This document shows positions 56,007-64,000 of a DNA stretch of 64,000 nt, one piece after another; the first letter of the stretch is position 1, and each line of letters begins with the position of its first letter. The notes beneath the pieces were generated by a model that ran no database searches, was not told the DNA's origin, and saw nothing but the letters and a program-made list of their open reading frames with translations. The stretch lies in NCBI GenBank assembly GCA_035533815.1, contig DATLTB010000113.1, forward strand, positions 21,081 through 85,080, written 5' to 3'. Both the position numbers and the translations under genes were made by a program. Source of the stretch: Chitinophagaceae bacterium. Lineage in GTDB: Bacteria; Bacteroidota; Bacteroidia; Chitinophagales; Chitinophagaceae.

Positions 56007-56111
56007 CTGGATTAATTGGGATTGTAGTCCTAGGTTGAATCAGTAACTGGACAATTTCCGATTCGGTGATCCCCTTATGGGGTAGGTTCCAAACAACTAC
56101 AACCGGATTAA

Positions 56112-56450
56112 TCAATTGTTCCTGATCTGTTTACTGATCCGGTTTTCCTGGACATTTAATGTTTTTTGCTCCTGTTTGGTGATATGACCGTGATCCTGTG
56201 AAGCCATCAACTTTTCCTCTTTGCGGACCTGCCGATCTTCCCTTTGAATCTTATCTGATTTTTTCTCACTCATTTGTTGATTGTCCACTTTGTTGTCGAT
56301 CCGCTTGGATTGGTAGGCCAGCCGATGATTGACCTCCACCCGGCGGGGATGGGTTCTCTTCCAGCGGGTTTGCGCGAATGCGGTGGTAGTCAACCCCAGG
56401 AGTGCGGACAGCAGGGCAACAGTTAGCATTTTTGTTTTCATAGTTTTCAT
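56112..56450 (-). CDS. Hypothetical secreted basic (Lys/Gln/Arg-rich) protein
   Basis: I prefer the ATG at 56450 (MKTMKTKMLTVALLSALLGLTTTAFAQ signal peptide). The mature part is low-complexity and charged, with two similar segments (NHRLAYQSKRIDN.. and ..QENRISKQIRN). Confidence 0.55.
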   Translation of the reverse strand: MKTMKTKMLTVALLSALLGLTTTAFAQTRWKRTHPRRVEVNHRLAYQSKRIDNKVDNQQMSEKKSDKIQREDRQVRKEEKLMASQDHGHITKQEQKTLNVQENRISKQIRNN

Positions 56451-56561
56451 GTTTTTTGTTTTTGTTAATATGAGACCTATCCCCAAGGTTAAAGTTTAAT
56501 CTCGAAGAAGGATTGGTTAAAAATTGAGGATTTTTATTTCCACACCGGTGGTGTAATACCA

Positions 56562-58010
56562 TTATTGCTGTTCCTTCAAAATCCTCCAGGATGGTGGGTA
56601 GTAATTATTGATGCGGCCCGGAAGGATTTTTGCCCATCCCAGGGAAATGCCTGCATATTTTACGAGCACCCAACCGAGCGGCATATTCCCATCCGTAAAT
56701 GGTTTCTTATAGAGGTACCTGATGGCATTTTCCAGATCCAGTTCCAGTGCAGGTAGTCCTTCATTATACAGGGTGCTGAGGGCCAAGGACGGTGCCGGGA
56801 TGAATTCTTCCCGAATCTGCTTGCCAAGGTCAACCCCCGATTGACGGACATGCAGGCTATTTTCCAACATCATCAATTCCTGCATCAGGGATCGGGGAAA
56901 CCCGACCAGTTTTCCTGGTTCGTTACGGATTTCCAATCCGGCATCTTCCCTTAACCAGTCCCGAAGAAAATCCCTTTTCCGCCCGGGCAATGCCTGAAAT
57001 TTTCGCTGTTTAATCCGTATTGCCGGAGAACCTGATTCTTTTCTCAAACAGGAAACAAAAAAGCCCTCCCCCTGAAGCTTATCCGGATAAAAGCGCATGC
57101 CGCTTATCTCATTCCCCCAATCCTTATCGGTTACGACATGCCAGCTTTCCGGTATGGGCAAGTCCAGGGTTTTCAAACCGGACTCATTGATCAGCCAGGC
57201 TACGATTTCCTCATTTTCTGCCGGGGAATAGCTGCAGGTGGAATAGATCAGGATGCCTCCCTTTTTCAGGGCGGGTAACACATCAGTCAGGATCCTGCGT
57301 TGCCGGCGGCTGCAAAGCCCTACCAGTTGAGGTGTCCATTCCCGGACTGCCCAGGGGTCTTTACGGAACAGCCCTGATCCGGAACAGGGTGCATCCACGA
57401 TGATCAGGTCAAAAAAACCGGTCAGGGCAGAAAAATCTGCAGGATCGTTGCAGGTCATTACCGTGTTGGCCCCTCCCCACCTGGTCAGGTTGGACCCAAG
57501 GACAGAGACCCGGCTCCGGATGACTTCATTGGCTACCAGCAGGCTATCCGAGGTTAGCAAGGATTGCAGTAAGGTGGATTTTCCGCCAGGAGCCGCGCAA
57601 AGATCCAGCACTTTGAGCGGCTGGTTAAGCTGGATAGCCTGTCTCACCAGCCAGCTGATAGACATGGAAGAGGGCTCCTGCACATAATATAGTCCTGCAT
57701 GAAACAGGGGATCCATCGTAAAGGAAGGCCGTACGGGCAGATAATATCCTTCCTGGCACCAGGGAACAGGTGTATTTCCGGTTCTTGCCAGAGATATTGG
57801 AGCATCCGGCGCCAGATCCCCGGTCAACCGGAACATTTTAGCCGGATTTATCCGGATGGCCGCACAGGGTTTCGCGTCAGCATGTGCCTGTTCAAAAAGC
57901 GCCCGGTCAAATCCCGGCAATGACTCCAAAGAATGAACCAATGCAGCAGGGACCGGACTGGCTATCCGGTCTCCCTGAGCATCAGATGGCTTTTTCCCAG
58001 GCTTTGACAA
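56562..58010 (-). CDS. rRNA cytosine-C5 methyltransferase, RsmB/RsmF (NOL1/NOP2/Sun) family
   Basis: It has the SAM-binding motif DLCAAPGGKST and the catalytic motifs DAPCSGSGLFRK and YSTCSYSP. The C-terminal domain is RsmF-like. The ORF-track start at 58010 is TTG, so the true start is uncertain. Confidence 0.85.
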   Translation of the reverse strand: MSKPGKKPSDAQGDRIASPVPAALVHSLESLPGFDRALFEQAHADAKPCAAIRINPAKMFRLTGDLAPDAPISLARTGNTPVPWCQEGYYLPVRPSFTMDPLFHAGLYYVQEPSSMSISWLVRQAIQLNQPLKVLDLCAAPGGKSTLLQSLLTSDSLLVANEVIRSRVSVLGSNLTRWGGANTVMTCNDPADFSALTGFFDLIIVDAPCSGSGLFRKDPWAVREWTPQLVGLCSRRQRRILTDVLPALKKGGILIYSTCSYSPAENEEIVAWLINESGLKTLDLPIPESWHVVTDKDWGNEISGMRFYPDKLQGEGFFVSCLRKESGSPAIRIKQRKFQALPGRKRDFLRDWLREDAGLEIRNEPGKLVGFPRSLMQELMMLENSLHVRQSGVDLGKQIREEFIPAPSLALSTLYNEGLPALELDLENAIRYLYKKPFTDGNMPLGWVLVKYAGISLGWAKILPGRINNYYPPSWRILKEQQ

Positions 58011-58395
58011 GGCGGTTATTCGTTTAATTTCCGGTCTTCCCTATTCCAGGAATTGACTTGATCCTGTAAATCGCAAGATACCTGTCATTTAATTTGAACC
58101 ACCGGATGGATTTTATTTCATCCTATGCGGAATGGATGCCATTCTACAGGTCTTTCTGGTTTTTTTTCCATGCAATGGCTGATCTCCGGGATGATTAATA
58201 AACTACCCGGTACTTCGGGACCGGGTCATTTACAGCCACTGGTCATTAAACCCTGGATAAAACACTTCCGGCAGATCCTGATTAGAATTCCTTTTCATGA
58301 GCAGGCCTTTAAGGACATGCCGGTTTAACCAGGGGCCGACAGACCTGCTGCTGACCCGGTCTCGCAACCACCAGCTGGTCTTTGCCAATAGAAAA

Positions 58396-59874
58396 TCAAA
58401 TATTCTTTATTTCTGCTATCAGTTGTTGCAGGACGGTTTTTGCATCTCCGAAAAGCATGGAGGTTTTGGGTTCAAAGAACAGGTCATTTTCAATTCCAGC
58501 ATACCCCGGTTTCATGCTCCTTTTGTTAACGATGACCATTTTAGCCCTTTCCACTTCCAGGATCGGCATGCCATAGATGGGACTGGCCGGGTCGTTCTTG
58601 GCAGCCGGATTGACAACATCATTGGCCCCAAGGACCAGCACCAGATCTGCACTGGGGAATTCCTCATTGGCTTCTTCCATTTCCAGGAGCTTGTCATAGG
58701 GAACATCCGCTTCAGCCAGCAGCACATTCATGTGTCCGGGCATTCTCCCTGCCACGGGATGGATGGCATATTTCAATTGCACCCCCCGGTCCTCCAGGAC
58801 CTTTTCCAGGTCATGGCAGGCATGCTGGGCTTGCGCCACGGCCAATCCATATCCCGGCACGATCATTACTTTATGGGCATATGCCAATACAATGGCCGCA
58901 TCACTGATGGAAATCTCCTTGTATCCCCCATGCTGATGGGTCTGTCCCTCCGTGGCAGCAGTTCCCCCAAATGAGCCGATCAGGACATTACCTAAGGAAC
59001 GGTTCATCGCCCTGCACATCAGCAGGGTTAGAATGCCTCCTGCGGATCCCACCAAAATACCGCCGGTGAGCATGACCGCATTGCTATATAAAAAACCTCC
59101 GCAGGCAGCTGCTACCCCGGTGCAGGCATTCAATAATGAAATGACCACAGGCATATCTGCTCCGCCGATAGGCAAGACGAACAGAATGCCATAGGCAATC
59201 GCCAGTCCGATCACCGTACAGAAAACATAGGGACTGATGGCAGGGATGAATTGTCCCAGATTGTTTCCCCCGGTCATTAAATGTGGAGTGATACAGGCAA
59301 AATAGATTCCCAGCAGGATCATCGCTGCCAGGATGGCCATATTCAATATTTGCTGGCCAGGGAAAGTAAAATCCTTAATTCGGCCATTGAGCTTTCCGAA
59401 TGCGATCATGCTTCCTGAAAAGGACACCATTCCAATGATCATTTCCACGATAATGATCACCATCATTCCCTTCGGGATAAACAGACTGACCGTAAATCCG
59501 CCTGTCGTTCCCGTGGTATTGAAATGCAGGAGGTGATAAAATTCACTGATGGCGATCAGGGCAGCACAAAATCCTCCCATACCATTGAAGATACTCACCA
59601 TCTCAGGCATGGAAGTCATCAGCACCTTCCGGGCAGCCACAAAGCCGATCACGCCTCCAATTGCCAGTCCGGTGAATATCCAGCCGTAATTATGCAGGGG
59701 TGCTCCACTGGACTGGCGATACAGGAAAATGGTACCGAGTATGGCCAAACCCATGCCTGCAGCAGCGATCAGGTTCCCTCGCCTGGCCGTATCCGGCCTG
59801 GACAGCATTTTAAGGCCGATGATGAAGGTGACTGAACCGATAAGGTAGGCCAGGGTTAAGATTGATAGCTCCAT
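58396..59874 (-). CDS. pntB: NAD(P) transhydrogenase subunit beta
   Basis: 492 aa. It has a polytopic N-terminal half and a C-terminal NADP(H)-binding domain (PGYGLAVAQAQH, AIHPVAGRMPGHMNVLLAEA, GANDVVNPAA, GMPILEV). Confidence 0.93.
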   Translation of the reverse strand: MELSILTLAYLIGSVTFIIGLKMLSRPDTARRGNLIAAAGMGLAILGTIFLYRQSSGAPLHNYGWIFTGLAIGGVIGFVAARKVLMTSMPEMVSIFNGMGGFCAALIAISEFYHLLHFNTTGTTGGFTVSLFIPKGMMVIIIVEMIIGMVSFSGSMIAFGKLNGRIKDFTFPGQQILNMAILAAMILLGIYFACITPHLMTGGNNLGQFIPAISPYVFCTVIGLAIAYGILFVLPIGGADMPVVISLLNACTGVAAACGGFLYSNAVMLTGGILVGSAGGILTLLMCRAMNRSLGNVLIGSFGGTAATEGQTHQHGGYKEISISDAAIVLAYAHKVMIVPGYGLAVAQAQHACHDLEKVLEDRGVQLKYAIHPVAGRMPGHMNVLLAEADVPYDKLLEMEEANEEFPSADLVLVLGANDVVNPAAKNDPASPIYGMPILEVERAKMVIVNKRSMKPGYAGIENDLFFEPKTSMLFGDAKTVLQQLIAEIKNI

Positions 59875-59925
59875 GTCAATGCGGTTTCCGAAGGGCTGGG
59901 GATTTAGTTTAGTCGGGGTGATACC

Positions 59926-60237
59926 CTATGGTTTTTTTTTGCTGAACATTTCCAGCATCCGGTCCGTGACCACAAACCCCCCTACTACATTTAAGGTGCC
60001 GACGATTACCGCTACCAATCCAATAAACAAGGCCAGAAAATTATGGGCATCTGCCTGACCCATCACAATGATCGCCCCGATGATCACTACCCCATGTATG
60101 GCATTGGCTCCGCTCATCAGCGGAGTATGCAGGACGGCAGGTACCCGGGATATGACCTCAATCCCCAGGAATATGGATAACACCACCACATAGACCATCT
60201 CAATATGCTGATGCAGGAAACGGGCGAGTAAATCCAT
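59926..60237 (-). CDS. pntA: NAD(P) transhydrogenase subunit alpha, membrane part (PntAB / alpha-2)
   Basis: 103 aa with three hydrophobic helices. It reads TPLMSGANAIHG and lies between pntAA and pntB. Confidence 0.88.
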   Translation of the reverse strand: MDLLARFLHQHIEMVYVVVLSIFLGIEVISRVPAVLHTPLMSGANAIHGVVIIGAIIVMGQADAHNFLALFIGLVAVIVGTLNVVGGFVVTDRMLEMFSKKKP

Positions 60238-60266
60238 ATTTTATAATATTAATGTGAAATTTTCAT

Positions 60267-61403
60267 TTATAGCTTAAAAAACGTTTTCATCCGGTCATTC
60301 GAAATCACCCCCCCATGGGTAATACAGGTACCTGAAACAAGTTCATCCTTAAAATCCAGATTCAGATTACCATCCTGGCCAATGATTAGTTTCAGAAAGT
60401 TCAGGATATTTTTTCCATACAGCCGGCTGGCATCAGCGGGCATGAGCGACGGCAGATTGGAATTCCCTATAATGGTCACTCCATGATAATTTACCGTTTC
60501 ATTATCCTTAGTCAGTTCTGTATTACCTCCGGTGGCTGAACTGATATCCAGGATCACCGATCCTTTTTTCATTTTACCGATCATCCCGGCAGTGACCAGC
60601 ACCGGTGCTTTTCTGCCCGGAATTTGCGCAGTGGTGATCACGATATCTGCCTTTTCTATGCTTTCTGCTATCCTGGCCTGCTGACGCTGCTGAAAGGCCA
60701 GACTCTGTTCCACCGCATAACCACCCGCATTTACCGGATCAGCCATACCTTCCACTTCCACAAACTTGGCCCCCAGACTCATGACTTCCTCCTTCACGGC
60801 GGGCCGGGTGTCAAAAACTTCTACCACCCCACCCAGCCTGCGTGCAGTGGCTATCGCCTGCAGGCCGGCCACTCCAGCACCCAGGATCAGTATCCGGGCA
60901 GGGGGAATAGTTCCTGCCGCAGTCATCAGCATGGGGAAATACCGGCTAAATCGGCAGGCAGTCTCCAGGACGGCGCGGTACCCGGCAATATTTGCCTGGG
61001 AACTCAGGACATCCATATTCTGGGCCCGGGTATTCCGGGGGATATTATCCAGACTTAGGACCGTTAACCCTGCAACCGCTGCCTGTTGCATCAGTTCCAG
61101 CTGAAACAGGGGTTGGTAAACCCCTAATAAGGCGGTATCCGGTCTGATCTGGCTGATCTTCTCTCTCGGTGGGAAATGAATCGTTAAAATCAGGTTGGCG
61201 TTGGAGAAAATACCTTCTGCGGCATGTATGGTGGCCCCTGCTTCCTGATAATTACTGTCATCGGCAAAAGCCCCGGAGCCAGCTCCTTCCTCCACCCAAA
61301 CTTCAGTATGCATGCCGACCAATTGCTTCACCATCTCAGGTAACAGGGAAACCCGGTTCTCCCCTGTTGATTCCTTAAGGATCCCAATGATCATTGAATG
61401 CAA
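60267..61403 (-). CDS. pntA: NAD(P) transhydrogenase subunit alpha, soluble NAD(H)-binding part (PntAA / alpha-1)
   Basis: 378 aa with the alanine dehydrogenase/PNT fold: GILKE...ENRV.L.PE, ILGAGVAGLQAIATARRLGG, VITTAQIPGRKAP. The likely start is the ATG at 61394 (MIIGILKE). Confidence 0.92.
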   Translation of the reverse strand: MHSMIIGILKESTGENRVSLLPEMVKQLVGMHTEVWVEEGAGSGAFADDSNYQEAGATIHAAEGIFSNANLILTIHFPPREKISQIRPDTALLGVYQPLFQLELMQQAAVAGLTVLSLDNIPRNTRAQNMDVLSSQANIAGYRAVLETACRFSRYFPMLMTAAGTIPPARILILGAGVAGLQAIATARRLGGVVEVFDTRPAVKEEVMSLGAKFVEVEGMADPVNAGGYAVEQSLAFQQRQQARIAESIEKADIVITTAQIPGRKAPVLVTAGMIGKMKKGSVILDISSATGGNTELTKDNETVNYHGVTIIGNSNLPSLMPADASRLYGKNILNFLKLIIGQDGNLNLDFKDELVSGTCITHGGVISNDRMKTFFKL

Positions 61404-61497
61404 TTAAAGGAGGAAAATTACTACAGAAAAAGGAGAAAAAAAATAAAGCAGGGCAGCCGAACCATATCCTGGACCTGACTTTTACTTTGTATTGATT

Positions 61498-62532
61498 TTA
61501 TTGCAGCGGTTCCGATGAACCGATTATTGTCATTAAGGCCCTGACCCAGGAAGGCCTGGTGTTCAGACAGGGGATATAGGTAAACTGTGTTCCCCCTGCA
61601 TCCAGAAAAGCAAGTTTCCCCCGCTGGGCAATTTCTTCCAGGGTTTCCAGGCAGTCCGCAACAAAGGCAGGACAAACCACCAGTAGCCGCTTAACCCCTT
61701 CTCCGGGAAGCTCCACCAGCCGTCTGGCTGTATCAGGCTGCAGCCACCTGTCCCGCCCCAGGCGGGACTGGAAAGAAATGGCATATTTTTCCTTTGGTAG
61801 ACCCAGCTTTGCCGCCACCAGGGCTGAGGTAGTCATGACCTGATGACGGTAACATTGGAGGTGTGCGGCTGAATCTGTCACGCAACAATCCGGCGCGAAC
61901 AGGCAATGGGCATGGGTGATATCGGATTTGCGGATATGCCGTTCCGGAAGTCCGTGATAGCTAAATAATAACTGATCAAAGTCTCCCCCAAGAAAAGGAG
62001 AAATGCTATCGGCCAGGGCATCCAGGTAGGCCGGATGATTATAGAACGGTTTAATGATCCTCAAGGGAAAGGTATATTTCCGCTTTCGATGAATTTCACG
62101 GGTTTGTTCCACCGCTGTTTCATAGGAGGACATGGCATAATGCGGATATAAAGGTAGGATAATGACTTCCTCGGGATCAGACCTTGATAGCTCCTCCAGG
62201 CCATCTGCAGTGGAAGGCTTTCCATACCTCATGCCAATGGCGATCCTGGAAGCAGATTGCTCCTGAATAGCTTGCCTGATTTGTGCGGTAAATACGATCA
62301 GGGGAGAGCCTTCTTCGGTCCAGATGGTCCGGTAGGCAGCAGCCGTTTTCGGGGCCCGGAAAGGGGCGATGATGAGGTCCACCAGTAGCTTGCGGTATAA
62401 GAATGACACATCCAGAACCCGCTTATCCAGGAGAAATTCATGGAGGTAAGCCCTCACATCCTTAACTGCAGTGGAAAACGGAGAACCCAGGTTCAGCAAT
62501 AGAATACCTCGGCGGGAAGCAGGGACTGTCAT
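61498..62532 (-). CDS. hemH: Ferrochelatase
   Basis: 344 aa. It reads GILLLNLGSP, LPLYPHYA.SS, FSYHGLPER and CPAFVADCLETLEEI. Confidence 0.93.
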   Translation of the reverse strand: MTVPASRRGILLLNLGSPFSTAVKDVRAYLHEFLLDKRVLDVSFLYRKLLVDLIIAPFRAPKTAAAYRTIWTEEGSPLIVFTAQIRQAIQEQSASRIAIGMRYGKPSTADGLEELSRSDPEEVIILPLYPHYAMSSYETAVEQTREIHRKRKYTFPLRIIKPFYNHPAYLDALADSISPFLGGDFDQLLFSYHGLPERHIRKSDITHAHCLFAPDCCVTDSAAHLQCYRHQVMTTSALVAAKLGLPKEKYAISFQSRLGRDRWLQPDTARRLVELPGEGVKRLLVVCPAFVADCLETLEEIAQRGKLAFLDAGGTQFTYIPCLNTRPSWVRALMTIIGSSEPLQ

Positions 62533-62756
62533 TATTTGAAGGAAGCAAAATTACCAACTTTGGCATTCCCGTCCCCCCAAATTTGTCATAAGATTGTTGA
62601 ATCCTTGGTAGGATGAAACTTCCCAGGGAAGGCGGGACCTTATTTTAACTATAGAAATGACAGACTAATGACAGCTTCAGCCCCTCAATTGGCAAGGCAG
62701 CCAGTAATTTTGCTGAGGCTCAGGCCTGCAGATCCTGTTGATCATATTCAGGTAAT

Positions 62757-62774
62757 CCATCCTGATCAGGATGG
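62757..62774. promoter_or_regulatory. Perfect 18-bp palindrome CCATCCTGATCAGGATGG 28 nt upstream of hemA
   Basis: The sequence is exactly self-complementary (CCATCCTGA/TCAGGATGG). It lies in the 269-bp hemH-hemA divergent intergenic region. Confidence 0.45.
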
Positions 62775-62801
62775 TTCAACCTTGAAAAATTAGGCCTTAC
62801 C

Positions 62802-64000
62802 ATGCTTCAAAACAAATCAAAGGACATTTCCTGTTTTTTCGTAGCCGGAATCAATTACCGGAAATCGGATGCAGCGATCCGCGGGCAGTTTGCCATAGAT
62901 GACCGGAAGTATGGGGCCATCCTGTTTAAGGCCGGTTCAATGGGTCTTGATGAGCTTTTTGTGCTTTCTACCTGTAATCGAACGGAAATATATGGTTTTG
63001 CCCCTGATCCCCAGGTACTCATCGAATTGCTTTGCTCTGAGACTTCCGGAAATGCAAATATATTTCGCCTTTCCGCCTATATCAAAACCGGGGATAAAGC
63101 CATTAACCACCTGTTTAATGTCAGCGCTGGACTGGATTCCCAGATACTTGGCGATTATGAAGTAGTCAGCCAGGTAAAGCAGGCAGCCCGCTTTTCCAGG
63201 GAGCATGGTTTTATGGGGAGTTTTACCGAGAGGATGGTAAGCAGTGTATTACAGGTATCCAAGATCATCAAGAACCAGACTCAACTAAGTTCCGGTACAG
63301 TTTCCGTGGCATATGCCGCCGTGCAGATGCTGCGGCGCATGCCAAACCTGGCGGAAAAGCAGATCCTGCTCGTTGGTATCGGTAAAATCGGCCGCAATAC
63401 CTGCAGAAATTTGATCGATTACCTGGAAATTAAACAGATCACCCTGATCAACCGGACTGATACCCGGGCCCGGGAATTTGCCTTGAAATATGGACTTAAG
63501 GCAGCCTCCTACCGGCAGCTGAAGAAAAAAATTGAGGAATCCGATGTCATCATCGTAGCCACCAATGCACCGGCACCCACCATTAAAGCCAGATGGCTGG
63601 AAAAATCAGGACCCAAACTCATCCTGGACCTCTCCGTGCCCAGTAATGTGGAGGAAGGCGTGAAAAACCTGCCGAATATCAAACTCATCGGGATTGACGA
63701 ACTCTCCCGGATACAGGATGAAACCCTACAGAAAAGACAGGCTGAAATTCCCAGGGCCCAGGCCATCATCGAAGAAAACATGCAGGAATTCCTTTACTGG
63801 AATCAGATGCGCCGCCATGCGGTAGTATTGCAGGGTGTAAAGAAAAAGCTTCAGGAAATCCATGCCCGGGAAATTTCCACCCAGAAAACCTGTAATCCTG
63901 CCGAAATCAGCAATTTCCAGGATATCTCCTCCCGGATCATTCAAAAAACCATCAATTTACTCGCCACCAAGGTCCGGCGGGAGCATCCCAAAAATGATCA
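62802..64000 (+). CDS. hemA: Glutamyl-tRNA reductase (3' end beyond the window)
   Basis: It is not in the ORF track because it runs off the window. I translated it by hand with no stop through 64000. It reads MLQNKSKDISCFFVAGINYRKSD..IRG.F and has the catalytic-Cys motif LSTCNRTEIYGF. QILGDYEVVSQVKQA and the NADPH site LVGIGKIGRNTCRNL are also present. Confidence 0.9.
   Translation, partial: MLQNKSKDISCFFVAGINYRKSDAAIRGQFAIDDRKYGAILFKAGSMGLDELFVLSTCNRTEIYGFAPDPQVLIELLCSETSGNANIFRLSAYIKTGDKAINHLFNVSAGLDSQILGDYEVVSQVKQAARFSREHGFMGSFTERMVSSVLQVSKIIKNQTQLSSGTVSVAYAAVQMLRRMPNLAEKQILLVGIGKIGRNTCRNLIDYLEIKQITLINRTDTRAREFALKYGLKAASYRQLKKKIEESDVIIVATNAPAPTIKARWLEKSGPKLILDLSVPSNVEEGVKNLPNIKLIGIDELSRIQDETLQKRQAEIPRAQAIIEENMQEFLYWNQMRRHAVVLQGVKKKLQEIHAREISTQKTCNPAEISNFQDISSRIIQKTINLLATKVRREHPKND

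Noticed and set aside
1-64000. Scan for CRISPR arrays, tRNA/rRNA/tmRNA genes, IS elements, integrases, toxin-antitoxin pairs and known defence genes
   Set aside because: I saw no regularly spaced direct repeats, no tRNA-like T-arm (GGTTCGAATCC-type) sequences in the intergenic regions, and no transposase, integrase or nuclease/helicase-type ORFs. The scan was manual, so short or degenerate elements could have been missed.

Overview
The window reads as a chromosomal segment of a Bacteroidota genome. Evidence: a SusC/SusD pair, an RteC gene, Bacteroidota-type short sigma-A, and many Bacteroidota-restricted DUF families. G+C is roughly half by eye (not computed).

Content: the window is densely coding. 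I call 53 protein genes and 2 gene remnants. I found no rRNA, tRNA, CRISPR array, IS element or integrase.

Most genes are housekeeping:
- tpiA, rpmE (type B), yajQ, lgt, pyrE, coaD, rsmD, folB, trxB, rpoD, ltaE, valS, sdaA
- an rsmF-like gene, the three-gene pntAA-pntAB-pntB set, and divergent hemH / hemA

The accessory-looking parts are:
- Left edge: an RteC + XRE regulator module typical of CTnDOT-like conjugative transposons, next to an orphan SusC/SusD pair and a possible decayed AraC-type HTH.
- An ECF sigma / anti-sigma / beta-repeat-protein operon.
- Two tandem paralogous TonB-dependent-type outer-membrane barrels, next to a Tat-exported Rieske lipoprotein.
- A tandem pair of transglutaminase-like proteins, one of which lacks the catalytic Cys.
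- An orphan TPR-histidine kinase followed by a decayed kinase C-terminus.
- A terminator-bracketed pair of tiny secreted Cys/His-rich proteins.
- A 943-aa HExxH + PD40-propeller + probable beta-barrel protein.
- A degenerate-FHA::PrsW intramembrane protease fusion, behind an 800-bp gene-free stretch.

I did not find a clear multi-gene defence or mobile system. The best candidates for undescribed biology are the small Cys-rich peptide pair, the FHA-like::PrsW locus, the HExxH-propeller-barrel protein and the active/inactive transglutaminase pair.

All family assignments come from motif recognition by eye and remembered family consensus. No database search was run.
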